From Eledone cirrhosa (taxonomy: Eukaryota), in NCBI GenBank assembly GCA_964016885.1, contig OZ024742.1, forward strand, positions 186,496,001-186,560,000: a stretch of 64,000 nucleotides of DNA, read 5' to 3'. The position numbers and the translations under genes were made by a program. Shown piece by piece: positions 28,901 through 43,900 of the stretch (positions are counted from its first letter, which is position 1; each line of letters opens with the position of its first letter). The notes beneath the pieces are model-generated. The model was not told the origin of the DNA. It saw only the letters and a program-made list of their open reading frames with translations, and made no database searches.

Positions 28901-31900
28901 GAGGGAGAGACAGTGTATGTATGAGACTGTTTGAGAATGGGGCGAGGGAGAGACAGTGTATGTATGAGATTGTTTGGGAATGGAGGGAGGGAGAGACAGC
29001 GTATGTATGAGACTGTTTGAGAATGGGGCGAGGGAGAGACAGTGTATGTATGAGATTGTTTGGGAATGGAGGGAGGGAGAGACAGCGTATGTATGAGATT
29101 GTTTGGGAATACGGGGAGGGAGAGACAGTGTATGTATGAGACTGTTTAAGAATGGGGGAGGGAGAGACAGTGTATGTATGAGAGTGTTTGAGAATGGGGG
29201 GAGGGAGAGACAGTGTATGTATGAGACTGTTTGGGAATGGAGGGAGGGAGAGACAGTGTATGTATGAGATTGTTTGGTAATGGAGGGAGGGGAAGACAGT
29301 GTATGTATGAGACTGTTTGAGAATGGGGGAGGGAGAGACAGTGTATGTATGAGACTGTTTGAGAATGGGGCGAGGGAGAGACAGCGTATGTATGAGATTG
29401 TTTGGGAATGTGGGGAGGGAGAGACAGTGTATGTATGAGACTGTTTAAGAATAGGGGGAGGGAGAGACAGTGTATGTATGAGACAGTTTGAGAATGGGGG
29501 GAGGGAGAGACAGTGTATGTATGAGAGTGTTTGAGAATGGGGGGAGGGAGAGACAGTGTATGTACGAGACTGTTTTGGAATGGAGGGAGGGAGAGACAGT
29601 GTATGTATAAGATTGTTTGGGAATGGATGGAGGGAGAGACAGTGTATGAGTGAGAATGTTTGAGAATGAGGGGAGGGAGAGACAGTGTATGTGTGAGAGT
29701 GTTTGAGAATGGGGGGAGGGAGAGACAGTGTATGTATGAGAGTGTTTGGGAATGGAGGGAGGGAGAGACAGCGTATGTATGAGATTGTTTGGGAATGGAG
29801 GGAGGGAGAGACAGTGTATGTATGAGACTGTTTGAGAATGGGGCGAGGGAGAGACAGTGTATGTATGAGACTGTTTGAGAATGGGGGAGGGAGAGACAGT
29901 GTATGTGTGAGACTGTTTGAAAATGGGGGGAGGGAGAGACAGTGTATGTATGAGAAGGTTTGAGAATGGGGGAGGGAGAGACAGTGTATGTGTGAGACTG
30001 TTTGAAAATGGGGGGAGGGAGAGACAGTGTATGTGTGAGAAGGTTTGAGAATGGGGGGAGGGAGAGACAATGTATGTATGAGACTGTGTGAGAATGTGAG
30101 AGGGAGAAACAGTGTATGTATGAGACTGTTTAAGAATGGAGGGAGGGAGAGACAGTGTATGTATGAGATTGTTTGGGAATGGAGGGAGGGAGAGACAGCG
30201 TATGTATGAGACTGTTTAAGAATGGGGGGAGGGAGAGACAGTGTATGTATGAGACTGTTTGAGAATGGGGGGAGGGAGAGACAGTGTATGTATGAGAGTG
30301 TTTGAGAATGGGGGGAGGGAGAGACAGTGTATGTATGAGATTGTTTGGGAATGGAGGGGGGGAGAGACAGTGTATGTATGAGATTGTTTGGTAATGGAGG
30401 GAGGGGAAGACAGTGTATGTATGAGACTGTTTGAGAATGGGGGAGGGAGAGGCAGTGTATGTGTGAGACTGTTAGAGAATGGGGGGAGGGAGAGACAGTG
30501 TATGGACGAGACTGTTTGAGAATGGGGGGAGGGAGAGACAGTGTATGTGTGAGACTGTTTGAGAATGGGGGGAGGGAGAGACAGTGTATCTATGAGACTG
30601 TTTGAGAATGGGGCGAGGGAGAGACAGTGTATGTATGAGAGTGTTTGAGAATGGGGGGAGGGAGAAACAGTGTATGTGTGAGACTGTTTGAGAATGGGGG
30701 GTGAGGGAGAGACAGTATTTGTGTGAGACTGTTTTAGAATGAGTGGAGGGAGAGACAGAGTATGTGTGAGACTGTTTGAGAATGGGGGGAGGGAGAGACA
30801 CTGTATGTGTGAGACTGTTTGAAAAGTGTTGGTAGGGAGAGACAGTGTATGTATGAGACTGTTTGAGAATGGGGGAGGGAGAAACAGTGTGTGTGAGACT
30901 GTTTGAGAATGGGGGGAGCGAGAGACAGTGTATGTGTGAGACTGTTGGAGAATGGGGGAGGGAGAGACAGTGTATTTGTGAGACTGTTTGAGAATGGGGT
31001 GAGGGAGAGACAGTGTATGTATAAGGCTGTTTGAGAATGGGGGGAGGAGAGACAGTGTATGTATGAGACTGTTTGAGAATAAGGGGAGGGAGAGACAGTG
31101 TATGTATGAGACTGTTGGAGAATGGGGAGTGACAGACAGTGTATGTGTGAGACTGTTTTAGAATGTGGGAAGGGAGAGACAGTGTATGTATGAGACTGTT
31201 TGAGAATGGGGGGAGGGAGAGACAGTGTATGTATGAGACTGTTTGAGAATGGGGGGAGGGAGAGACAGTGTATGGACGAGACTGTTTGAGAATGGGGGAG
31301 GGAGAGAAAGTGAATGTATGAAACTGTTTGAGAATGGTGGGAGGGAGAGACAGTGTATGTGTGAGACTGTTCGAGAATGAGGGGAGGGAGAGACAATGTA
31401 TGTATGAGACTGTTTGAGAATGGGGGGAGGGAGAGACAGTTTATGTGTGTGACTGTATGAGAATGGGGGGAGGGAGGGTCAGTGTATGTGTGAGACTGTT
31501 TGAGAATGGGGGAAGGGAGAGACAGTGTATGTGTGAGACTGTTTGAGAATGGGGGGAGGGAGAAACAGTGTATGTGTGACACTGTTTGAGAATGGGGGGG
31601 GAGAGACAATGTAAGTGTGAGACTGTTTGAGAATGGGGGAGGGAGAGACAGTGTATGTATGAGACTGTTTGAGAATGGAGGGAGGGAGAGACAATGTATG
31701 TATGAGACTGTTTGAGAATGGGGGGAGGGAGAGACAGTGTATGGACGAGACTGTTTGAGAATGGGGGGAGGGAGAGACAGTGTATGTGTGAGACTGTTTG
31801 AGAATGGGGGGAGGGAGAGACAGTGTATCTATGAGACTGTTTGAGAATGGGGCGAGGGAGAGACAGTGTATGTATGAGAGTGTTTGAGAATGGGGGGAGG

Positions 31901-34900
31901 GAGAGACAGTGTATGTATGAGACTGTTTGAGAATGGGGGGAGGGAGAAACAGTGTATGTGTGAGACTGTTTGAGAATGGGGGGAGCGACAGACAGTGTAT
32001 GTGTGAGACTGTTTGAGAATGGGGGGAGGGAGAGACAGTGTATGTGGGAGACTGTTTGAGAATGGGGGGAGGGAAAGACAGTGTATGTATGAGACTGTTT
32101 GAGAATGGGGGGACGGAGCGACAGTGTATGTATGTGACTGTTTGAGAATGGGGGGAGGAGAGACAGTGTATGTATGAGACTGTTTGAGAATAAGGGGAGG
32201 GAGAGACAGTGTATGTATGAGACTGTTTGAGAATGGTGGGAGGGAGAGCCACTGTATGTACGAGACTGTTTGAGAATGGAGGGAGGGAGAGACAGTGTAT
32301 GTATGAGACTGTTTGAGAATGGGGGGAGGGAGAGACAGTGTATGTGTGAGACTGTTTGAGAATGTGGGAAGGGAGAGACAGTGTGCGTGTGAGACTGTTT
32401 GAGAATGGGGGGAGGGAGAGACAGTGTATGTATGAGACAGTTTAAGAATGGGGGGAGGGAGAGACAGTGTATGTATGAGACTGTTTGAGAATGGGGGGAG
32501 GAAGAGACAGTGTATGTGTGAGACTGTTTGAGAATGGGGGGAGGGAGAGACAGTGTATGTATGTGACTGTTTGAGAATGTGGGGAGGGAGAGACAGTGTA
32601 TGTGTGAGACTGTTTGAGAATGCGGGGAGGGGGGTGAGGGAGAGACAGTATTTGTGTGAGACTGTTTTAGAATGAGTGGAGGGAGAGTCAGTGTATGTGT
32701 GAGACTGTTTGAGAATTGGGGAGAGAGAGACAGTATTTGTGTGAGACTGTTTGAGAATGGGGGGAGGGAGAGACAGTGTATGTGTGAGACTGTTTGAGAA
32801 TGGGGGGAGGGAGAGACAGTGAATGTATGAGACTGTTTAAGAATGGGGGGAGGGAGAGACAGTGTAAGGGTGAGACTGTTTGAGAATGGGGGAGGGAGAG
32901 ACAGTGTATGGACGAGACTGTTTGAGAATGGGGGGAGGGAGAGACAGTGTATGTGTGAGACTGTTTGAGAATAATGGGAGGGAGAGACAGTGTATGTATG
33001 AGACTGTTTGAGAATGGGGGAGGGAGAAACAGTGTATGTGTGAGACTGTTTGAGAATGGGGGGAGCGAGAGACAGTGTATGTGTGAGACTGTTGGAGAAT
33101 GGGGGAGGGAGAGACAGTGTATTTATGAGACTGTTTGAGAATGGGGCGAGGGAGAGACAGTGTATGTATGAAACTGTTTGAGAATGGAGGGAGGGAGAGA
33201 CAGTGTATGTGTGAGACTGTTTGAGAATAAGGGGAGGGAGAGACAGTGTATGTATGAGACTGTTTGTGAATGGGGGGAGGGAGAGACAGTGTATGTATGA
33301 GACTGTTGGAGAATGGGGGAGGGACAGACAGTGTATGTGTGAGACTGTTTGAGAATGGGGGAGGGAGAGACAGTGTATGGACGAGACTTTTTGAGAATGG
33401 GGGAGGGAGAGAAAGTGAATGAATGAAACTGTTTGAGAATGGTGGGAGGGAGAGACAGTGTATGTGTGAGACTGTTTGAGAATGAGGGGAGGGAGAGACA
33501 ATGTATGTATGAGACTGTTTGAGAATGGGGGGAGGGAGTGACAGTTTATGTGTGTGACTGTATGAGAATGGGGGGAGGGAGGGTCAGTGTATACGTGAGA
33601 CTGTTTGAGAATGGGGGAAGGGAGAGACATTGTATGTGTGAGACTGTTTGAGAATGGGGGGAGGAAGAGACAGTGTATGTGTGAGACTGTTTGAGAATAG
33701 GGGGAGGGAGAGACAGTGTATGTGTGAGACTGTTTGAGAATGGGGGGAGGGAGAGACAGTGTATGTGTGAGACTGTTTGAGAATGGGGGAGGGAGAGACA
33801 GTGTATGTATGAGACAGTTTGAGAATGGGGGGAGGGAGAGACAGTGTATGTATGAGACTGTTTGAGAATGGGGGGAGGGAGAGACAGTGTATCTATGAGA
33901 CTGTTTGAGAATGGAGGGAGGGAGAGACAATGTATGTATGAGACTGTTTGAGAATGGGGGGAGGGAGAGACAGTGTATGGACGAGACTGTTTGAGAATGG
34001 GGGGAGGGAGAGAGAGTGTATGTGTGAGACTGTTTGGGAATGGAGGGAGGGAGAGACAGTGTATGTATGAGATTGTTTGAGAATGGGGGGAGGGAGAGAC
34101 AGTGTATGTATGAGACTGTTTGAGAATGGGGGGAGGGAGAGACAGTGTATGTATGAGATTGTTTGAGAATGGGGGAGGGAGAGACAGTGTATGTATGAGA
34201 CTGTTTGGGAATGGAGGGAGGGAGAGACAGTGTATGTATGAGATTGTTTGAGAATGGGGGGAGGGAGAGACAATATATCTGTGAGACTGTTTGAGAATGG
34301 GGGGAGGGAGAGACAGTGTATGTATGAGAGTGTTTGAGAATGGGGGGAGGGAGAGACAGTGTATGTATGAGACTGTTTGAGAATGGGGGAGGGAGAAACA
34401 GTGTATGTGTGAGACTGTTTGAGAATGGGGGGAGCGACAGACAGTGTATGTGTGAGACTGTTTGAGATTGGGGGGAGGGAGAGACAGTGTATGTATGAGA
34501 CTGTTTGAGAATGGGGGGACGGAAAGACAGTGTATGTATGTGACTGTTTGAGAATGGGGGAGGAGAGACAGTGTATGTACGAGACTGTTTGAGAATGGTG
34601 GGAGGGAGAGCCACTGTATGTACGAGACTGTTTGAGAATGGAGGGAGGGAGAGACAGTGTATTTATGAGACTGTTTGAGAATGAGGGGAGGGAGAGACAA
34701 TGTATGTATGAGACTGTTGGAGAATGGGGGAGGGAGAGACAGTGTATGTGTGAGACTGTTTGAGAATGTGGGAAGGGAGAGACAGTGTACGTGTGAGACT
34801 GTTTGAGAATGGGGGGAGGGAGAGACAGTGTATGTATGAGACAGTTTAAGAATGGGGGGAGGGAGAGACAGTGTATGTATGAGACTGTTTGAGAATGGGG

Positions 34901-37900
34901 GGAGGAAGAGACAGTGTATGTATGAGATTGTTTGAGAATGGGGGGTGGGAGAGACAGTGTATGTATGAGACTGTTTGGGAATGGGGGGAGGGAGAGACAG
35001 TGTATGAGACTGTTTAAGAATGGGGAGAGGGAGAGACAGTGCATGTATGAGACTGTTTGAGAATGGGGGGAGGGAGAGTCAATGTATCTGTGAGACTGTT
35101 TGAGAATGGGGGGAGGGAGAGACAGTGTATGTGTGAGACTGTTTGAGAATGGGGGGAGGGAGAGACAGTGTATGTGTGAGACTGTTTGAGAATGGGGGGA
35201 GGGAGAGACAGTGTATGTGTGAGACTGTTTGAGAATGGGGGGAGGGAGAGACAGTGTATGTGGGACACTGATGGGAATGGGGGGAGGGAGAGACAGTGTA
35301 TGTATGAGACTTTTTGATAAAGGGGGGAGGGAGAGACAGTGTATGTATGAGACTGCTTGAGAATGGGGGGGAGGGAGAGATAGTGTATGTATGAGACTGT
35401 TTGAGAATGGGGGAGGGAGAGACAGTGTATGTGTGACACTGTTTGAGAATGGGAGGAGGGAGAGACAGTCTAAGTATGAGACTGTTTGAGAATGGGGGGA
35501 GGGAGAGACAGTGTATGTGTGAGACTGTTTGAGAATGGGGGAGGGAGAGACAGCGTACGTGTGACAATGTTTGAGAATGGGGGGAGGGAGAGGCAGTGTA
35601 TGTATGAGACTGTTTGAGAATGGGGGGAGGGAGAGACAGTTTATGTGTGAGACTGTTTGAGAATGGGTGGAGGGAGAGACAGTGTATGTGTGAGACTGTT
35701 TGAGAATGGGGGGAGGGAGAGACAGTGTATGTGTGAGACTGTTTGAGAATTGGGGGAGGGAGAGACAGTGTATGTGTGAGACTGTCTGAGAATGGGAGAC
35801 GGAGAGACAGTGTATGTATGAGACTGTTTAAGAATGGGGGGAGGGAAACACAGTGTAAGTGTGAGACTGTTTGAGAATGGGGGGAGGGAGAGACAGTGTA
35901 TGTGTGAGACTGTATGAGAATGGGGGAGGGAGCGACAGTGTATGTATGAGACTGTTTGAGAATGGGGGGAGGGTGAGACAGTGTATGTATGAGACAGTTT
36001 GAGAATGGGGGGAGGGAGATACAGTGTATGTATGAGACTGTTTGAGAATGGGGGGGGGGAGACAGTGTATGTGTGAGACTGTTTGAGAATGGGGGGAGGG
36101 AGAGACAGAGTATGTATGAAACTGTTTGAGAATGGGAGGAGGGTGAGACAGTGTATGTATAGACTGTTTGAGAATGAGGGGAGGGAGAGGCAGTGTATGT
36201 ATGAGACTGTTTGAGAATGGGGGAGGGAGAGACAGTGTATGTATGAGAGAGTTTGAGAATGAGGGGAGGGAGATACAGTGTATGTATGAGACTGTTTGAG
36301 AATGGGGGGAGGGAGAGACAGTGTATGTGTGAGACTGTTTGAGAATGGGGGAGGGAGAGACAATATATCTGTGAGACTGTTTGAGAATGGGGGGAGGGAG
36401 AGACAGTGTATGTATGAGAGTGTTTGAGAATGGGGTGAGGGAGAGACAGTGTAAGTGTGAGACTGCTTGAGAATGGGGGAGGGAGAGACAGTGTATGGAC
36501 GAGACTGTTTGAGAATGGGGGGAGGGAGAGACAGTGTATGTGTGAGACTGTTTGAGAATAATGGGAGGGAGAGACAGTGTATGTATGAGACTGTTTGAGA
36601 ATGGGGCGAGGGAGAGACAGTGTATGTATGAGAGTGTTTGAGAATGGAGGGAGGGAGAGACAGTGTATGTATGAGACTGTTTGAGAATGGGGGAGGGAGA
36701 AACAGTGTATGTATGTGACTGTTTGAGAATGGGGGGAGGAGAGACAGTGTATGTATGAGACTGTTTGAGAATAAGGGGAGGGAGAGACAGTGTATGTATG
36801 AGACTGTTTGAGAATGGTGGGAGGGAGAGCCACTGTATGTACGAGACTGTTTGAGAATGGAGGGAGGGAGAGACAGTGTATTTATGAGACTGTTTGAGAA
36901 TGAGGGGAGGGAGAGACAATGTATGTATGAGACTGTTGGAGAATGGGGGAGGGAGAGACAGTGTATGTGTGAGACTGTTTGAGAATGTGGGAAGGGAGAG
37001 ACAGTGTACGTGTGAGACTGTTTGAGAATGGGGGGAGGGAGAGACAGTGTATGTATGAGACAGTTTAAGAATGGGGGGGGAGAGACAGTGTATGTATGAG
37101 ACTGTTTGAGAATGGGGGGAGGAAGAGACAGTGTATGTATGAGATTGTTTGAGAATGGGGGGTGGGAGAGACAGTGTATGTATGAGACTGTTTGGGAATG
37201 GGGGGAGGGAGAGACAGTGTATGAGACTGTTTAAGAATGGGGAGAGGGAGAGACAGTGCATGTATGAGACTGTTTGAGAATGGGGGGAGGGAGAGTCAAT
37301 GTATCTGTGAGACTGTTTGACAATGGGGGGAGGGAGAGACAGTGTATGTGTGAGACTGTTTGAGAATGGGGGGAGGGAGTGACAGTGTATGTGTGAGACT
37401 GTTTGAGAATGGGGGGAGAGAGAGACAGTGTATGTGTGAGACTGTTTGAGAATGGGGGGAGGGAGAGACAGTGTATGTGGGACACTGATGAGAATGGGGG
37501 GAGGGAGAGACAGTGTATGTATGAGACTTTTTGATAATGGGGGGAGGGAGAGACAGTGTATGTATGAGACTGCTTGAGAATGGGGGGAGGGAGAGATAGT
37601 GTATGTATGACACTGTTTGAGAATGGGGGAGGGAGAGACAGTGTATGTATGAGATTGTTTGAGAATGGGGGTAGGGAGAGACAGTGTATGTATGAGACTG
37701 TTTGGGAATGGAGGGAGGGAGAGACAGTGTATGTATGAGATTGTTTGAGAATGGGGGGTGGGAGAGACAATATATCTGTGAGACTGTTTGAGAATGGGGG
37801 GAGGGAGAGACAGTGTATGTATGAGAGTGTTTGAGAATGGGGGGAGGGAGAGACAGTGTATGTATGAGACTGTTTGAGAATGGGGTAGGGAGAAACAGTG

Positions 37901-40900
37901 TATGTGTGAGACTGTTTGAGAATGGGGGGAGCGACAGACAGTGTATGTGTGAGACTGTTTGAGATTGGGGGGAGGGAGAGACAGTGTATGTATGTGACTG
38001 TTTGAGAATGGGGGGAGGAGAGACAGTGTATGTATGAGACTGTTTGAGAATAAGGGGAGGGAGAGACAGTGTATGTATGAGACTGTTTGAGAATGGTGGG
38101 AGGGAGAGCCACTGTATGTACGAGACTGTTTGAGAATGGAGGGAGGGAGAGACAGTGTATTTATGAGACTGTTTGAGAATGGGGGGAGGGAGAGACAGTG
38201 TATGTATGAGACTGTTGGAGAATGGGGGGAGGGAGAGACAGTGTATGTGTGAGACTGTTTGAGAATGTGGGAAGGGAGAGACAGTGTACGTGTGAGACTG
38301 TTTGAGAATGGGGGGAGGGAGAGACAGTGTATGTATAAGACAGTTTAAGAATGGGGGGAGGGAGAGACAGTGTATGTATGAGACTGTTTGAGAATGGGGG
38401 AGGAAGAGACAGTGTATGTATGAGATTGTTTGAGAATGGGGGGTGGGAGAGACAGTGTATGTATGAGACTGTTTGGGAATGGGGGGAGGGAGAGACAGTG
38501 TATGAGACTGTTTAAGAATGGGGAGAGGGAGAGACAGTGTATGTATGAGACTGTTTGAGAATGGGGGGAGGGAGAGACAATGTATCTGTGAGACTGTTTG
38601 AGAATGGGGGGAGGGAGAGACAGTGTATGTGTGAGACTGTTTGAGAATGGGGGGAGGGAGAGACAGTGTATGTGTGAGACTGTTTGAGAATGGGGGGAGG
38701 GAGAGACAGTGTATGTGTGAGACTGTTTGAGAATGGGGGGAGGGAGAGACAGTGTATGCATGAGATTGTTTGGGAATGGGGGTGGGAGAGACAATGTATG
38801 TGTGAGACTGTTTGAGAATGGGGGGAGGGAGAGACAGTGTATGTGTGAGACTGTTTGAGAATGGGGGAGGGAGAGACAGCGTACGTGTGACACTGTTTGA
38901 GAATGGGGGAGGGAGAGACAGTGTATGTATAGACTGTTTGAGAATGAGGGGAGGGAGAGGCAGTGTATGTATGAGACTGTTTGAGAATGGGGGGAGGGAG
39001 AGACAGTTTATGTGTGAGACTGTTTGAGAATGGGGGGAGGCAGAGGCAGTGTATGTATGAGACTGTTTGAGAATGGGGGGACGGAGACACAGTGTATGTA
39101 TGTGACTGTTTGAGAATGAGGGGAGGAGAGACAGTGTATGTATGAGACTGTTTGAGAATAAGGGGAGGGAGAGACAGTGTATGTATGAGACTGTTTGAGA
39201 ATGGTGGGAGGGAGAGCCACTGTATGTACGAGACTGTTTGAGAATGGAGGGAGGGAGAGACAGTGTATTTATGAGACTGTTTGAGAATGGGGGGAGGGAG
39301 AGACAGTGTATGTATGAGACTGTTGGAGAATGGGGGGAGGGAGAGACAGTGTATGTGTGAGACTGTTTGAGAATGTGGGAAGGGAGAGACAGTGTACGTG
39401 TGAGACTGTTTGAGAATGGGGGGAGGGAGAGACAGTGTATTATGAGACAGTTTAAGAATGGGGGGAGGGAGAGACAGTGTATGTATGAGACTGTTTGAGA
39501 ATGGGGGGAGGAAGAGACAGTGTATGTATGAGATTGTTTGAGAATAGGGGGTGGGAGAGACAGTGTATGTATGAGACTGTTTGGGAATGGGGGGAGGGAG
39601 AGACAGTGTATGAGACTGTTTAAGAATGGGGAGAGGGAGAGACAGTGTATGTATGAGACTGTTTGAGAATGGGGGGAGGGAGAGACAATGTATCTGTGAG
39701 ACTGTTTGACAATGGGGGGAGGGAGAGACAGTGTATGTGTGAGACTGTTTGAGAATGGGGGGAGGGAGAGACAGTGTATGTGTGAGACTGTTTGAGAATG
39801 GGGGGAGGGAGAGACAGTGTATGTGTGAGACTGTTTGAGAATGGGGGGAGGGAGAGACAGTGTATGTGGGACACTTATGAAAATGGGGTGAGGGAGAGAC
39901 AGTGTATGTATGAGACTTTTTGATAATGGTGGGAGGGAGAGACAGTGTATCTATGAGACTGCTTGAGAATGGGGGGAGGGAGAGACAGTGTATGTGTGAG
40001 ACTGTTTGAGAATGGGGGAGGGAGAGACAGCGTACGTGTGACACTGTTTGAGAATGGGGGAGGGAGAGACAGTGTATGTATAGACTGTTTGAGAATGAGG
40101 GGAGGGAGAGGCAGTGTATGTATGAGACTGTTTGAGAATGGGGGGAGGGAGAGACAGTTTATGTGTGAGACTGTTTGAGAATGGGGGGAGGGAGAGGCAG
40201 TGTATGTATGAGACTGTTTGAGAATGGGGGGGAGGGAGAGACAGTTTATGTGTGAGACTGTTTGAGAATGGGTGGAGGGAGAGACAGTGTATGTGTGAGA
40301 CTGTTTGAGAATGGGGGGAGGGAGAGACAGTGTATGTGTGAGACTGTTTGAGAATGGGGGGAGTGAGAGACAGTGTATGTGTGAGACTGTTTGGGAATGG
40401 GAGACGGAGAGACAGTGTATGTATGAGACTGTTTAAGAATGGGGGGAGGGAAACACAGTGTAAGTGTGAGACTGTTTGAGAATGGGGGGAGGGAGAGACA
40501 GTGTATGCGTGAGACTGTATGAGAATGGGGGAGGGAGCGACAGTGTATGTATGAGACTGTTTGAGTATGGGGGGAGGGTGAGACAGTGTATGTATGAGAC
40601 AGTTTGAGAATGGGGGAGGGAGATACAGTGTATGTATGAGACTGTTTGAGAATGGGGGGGGGGAGAGACAGTGTATGTGTGAGACTGTTTGAGAATGGGG
40701 GGAGGGAGAGACAGAGTATGTATGAAACTGTTTGAGAATGGGAGGAGGGTGAGACAGTGTATGTATAGACTGTTTGAGAATGAGGGGAGGGAGAGGCAGT
40801 GTATGTATGAGACTGTTTGAGAATGGGGGAGGGAGAGACAGTGTATGTATGAGACAGTTTGAGAATGGGGGGAGGGAGATACAGTGTATGTATGAGACTG

Positions 40901-43900
40901 TTTGAGAATGTGGGAGGGAGAGACAGTGTATGTGTGAGACTGTTTGAGAATGGGGGAGGGAGAGACTGGGTATGTATGAAACTGTTTGAGAATGGAGGGA
41001 GGGAGAGACAATGTATGTATGAGACTGTTTGAGAATGGGGGGAGGGAGAGACAGTGTATCTATGAGACTGTTTGAGAATGGAGGGAGGGAGAGACAATGT
41101 ATGTATGAGACTGTTTGAGAATGGGGGGAGGGAGAGACAGTGTATGGACGAGACTGTTTGAGAATGGGGGGAGGGAGAGAGAGTGTATGTGTGAGGCTGT
41201 TTGAGAATGGGTGGACGGAGAGACAGTGTATGTATGAGACTGTTTGAGAATGGGGGGAGGGAGAGACAGTGTATGTATGAGATTGTTTGAGAATGGGGGG
41301 AGGGAGAGACAGTGTATGTATGAGACTGTTTGGGAATGGAGGGAGGGAGAGACAGTGTATGTATGAGATTGTTGGAGAATGGGGGTGGGAGAGACAATAT
41401 ATCTGTGAGACTGTTTGAGAATGGGGGGGGGGAGAGACAGTGTATGTGTGAGACTGTTTGAGAATGGGGGGAGGGAGAGACAGAGTATGTATGAAACTGT
41501 TTGAGAATGGGAGGAGGGTGAGACAGTGTATGTATAGACTGTTTGAGAATGAGGGGAGGGAGAGACAGTGTATGTATGAGAGTGTTTGAGAATGGGGGGA
41601 GGGAGAGACAGTGTATGTATGAGACTGTTTGAGAATGGGGGAGGGAGAAACAGTGTATGTGTGAGACTGTTTGAGAATGGGGGGAGCGACAGACAGTGTA
41701 TGTGTGAGACTGTTTGAGATTGGGGGGAGGGAGAGACAGTGTATGTATGAGACTGTTTGAGAATGGGGGGACGGAGAGACAGTGTATGTATGTGACTGTT
41801 TGAGAATGGGGGAGGAGAGACAGTGTATGTATGAGACAGTTTGAGAATAAGGGGAGGGAGAGACAGTGTATGTATGAGACTGTTTGAGAATGGTGGGAGG
41901 GAGAGTCACTGTATGTACGAGACTGTTTGAGAATGGAGGGAGGGAGAGACAGTGTATTTATGAGACTGTTGGTGAATGGGGGGAGGGAGAGACAGTGTAT
42001 GTATGAGACTGTTGGAGAATGGGGGGAGGGAGAGACAGTGTATGTGTGAGACTGTTTGAGAATGTGGGAAGGGAGAGACAGTGTACGTGTGAGACTGTTT
42101 GAGAATGGGGGGAGGGAGAGACAGTGTATGTATGAGACAGTTTAAGAATGGGGGGAGGGAGAGACAGTGTATGTATGAGACTGTTTGAGAATGGGGGGAG
42201 GAAGAGACAGTGTATGTATGAGATTGTTTGAGAATGGGGGGTGGGAGAGACAGTGTATGTATGAGACTGTTTGGGAATGGGGGGAGGGAGAGAAATGTAT
42301 GAGACTGTTTAAGAATGGGGAGAGGGAGAGACAGTGTATGTATGAGACTGTTTGAGAATGGGGGAGGGAGAGACAGTGTATGTATGAGATTGTTTGAGAA
42401 TGGGGGGAGGGAGAGACAGTGTATGTATGAGACTGTTTGGGAATGGAGGGAGGGAGAGACAGTGTATGTGTGAAACTGTTTGACAATGGGGGAAGGGAGA
42501 GACAGTGTATGTGTGAGACTGTTTGAGAATGGGGGGAGGGAGAGACAGTGTATGTGTGAGACTGTTTGAGAATGGGGGAGGGAGAGACAGTGTATGTGTG
42601 AGACTGTTTGAGAATGGGGGGAGGGAGAGACAGTGTATGTGGGACACTGATGAGAATGGGGGGAGGGAGAGACAGTGTATGTATGAGACTTTTTGATAAT
42701 GGGGGGAGGGATAGACAGTGTATGTATGAGACTGCTTGAGAATGGGGGGAGGGAGAGACAGTGTATGTGTGAGACTGTTTGAGAATGGGGGAGGGAGAGA
42801 CAGCGTACGTGTGACACTGTTTGAGAATGGGAGGGAGAAACAGTGTATGGACGAGACTGTTTGAGAATGGAGGGAGGGAGAGACAGTGTATGTATGAGAC
42901 TTTTTGAGAATGGGGCGAGGGAGAGACAGTGTATGTATGAGAGTTTTTGAGAATGGGGGGAGGGAGAGACAGTGTATGTATGAGACTGTTTGAGAATGAG
43001 GGAGGGAGAAACAGTGTATTTGTGAGACTGTTTGAGAATGGGGGGAGGGAGAGACAGTGTATGTGAGAGACTGTTTGAGAATGGGGGGAGGGAGAGACAG
43101 TGTATGTGTGAGACTGTTTGAGAATGGGGGAGGGAGAGACAGTGTATATATGAGACTGTTTGAGAATGGGGGGAGGGAGAGACAGTGTATGTATGAGATT
43201 GTTTGAGAATGGGGGGAGGGAGAGACAGTGTATGTATGAGACTGTTTGGGAATGGAGGGAGGGAGAGACAGTGTATGTGTGAGACTGTTTGAGAATGGGG
43301 GGAGGGAGAGACAGTGTATGGACGAGACTGTTTGAGAATGGGGGGAGGGAGAGACAGTGTATGTGTGAGACTGTTTGAGAATGGGGGAGGGAGAGACAGT
43401 GTTAGTCTGAGACTGTTTGAGAATGGGGGAGGGAGAGACAGTGTATCTATGAGACTGTTTGAGAATGGGGCGAGGGAGAGACAGTGTATGTATGAGAGTG
43501 TTTGAGAATGGGGGGAGGGAGAGACAGTGTATGTATGAGACTCTTTGAGAATGGTGGGAGGGAGAGCCACTGTATGTACGAGACTGTTTGAGAATGGGGG
43601 GAGGGAGAGACAGTGTATGTATGAGACTGTTTGAGAATGGGGGACGGAGAGACAGTGTATGTATGTGACTGTTTGAGAATGGGGGGAGGAGAGACAGTGT
43701 ATGTATGAGACTGTTTGAGAATAAGGGGAGGGAGAGACAGTGTATGTATGAGACTGTTTGAGAATGGTGGGAGGGAGAGCCACTGTATGTACGAGACTGT
43801 TTGAGAATGGAGGGAGGGAGAGACAGTGTATGTGCGAGACTGTTTGAGAATGGGGGGAGGGAGAGACAGTGTATGTATGAGACTGTTTGAGAATGGGGGG

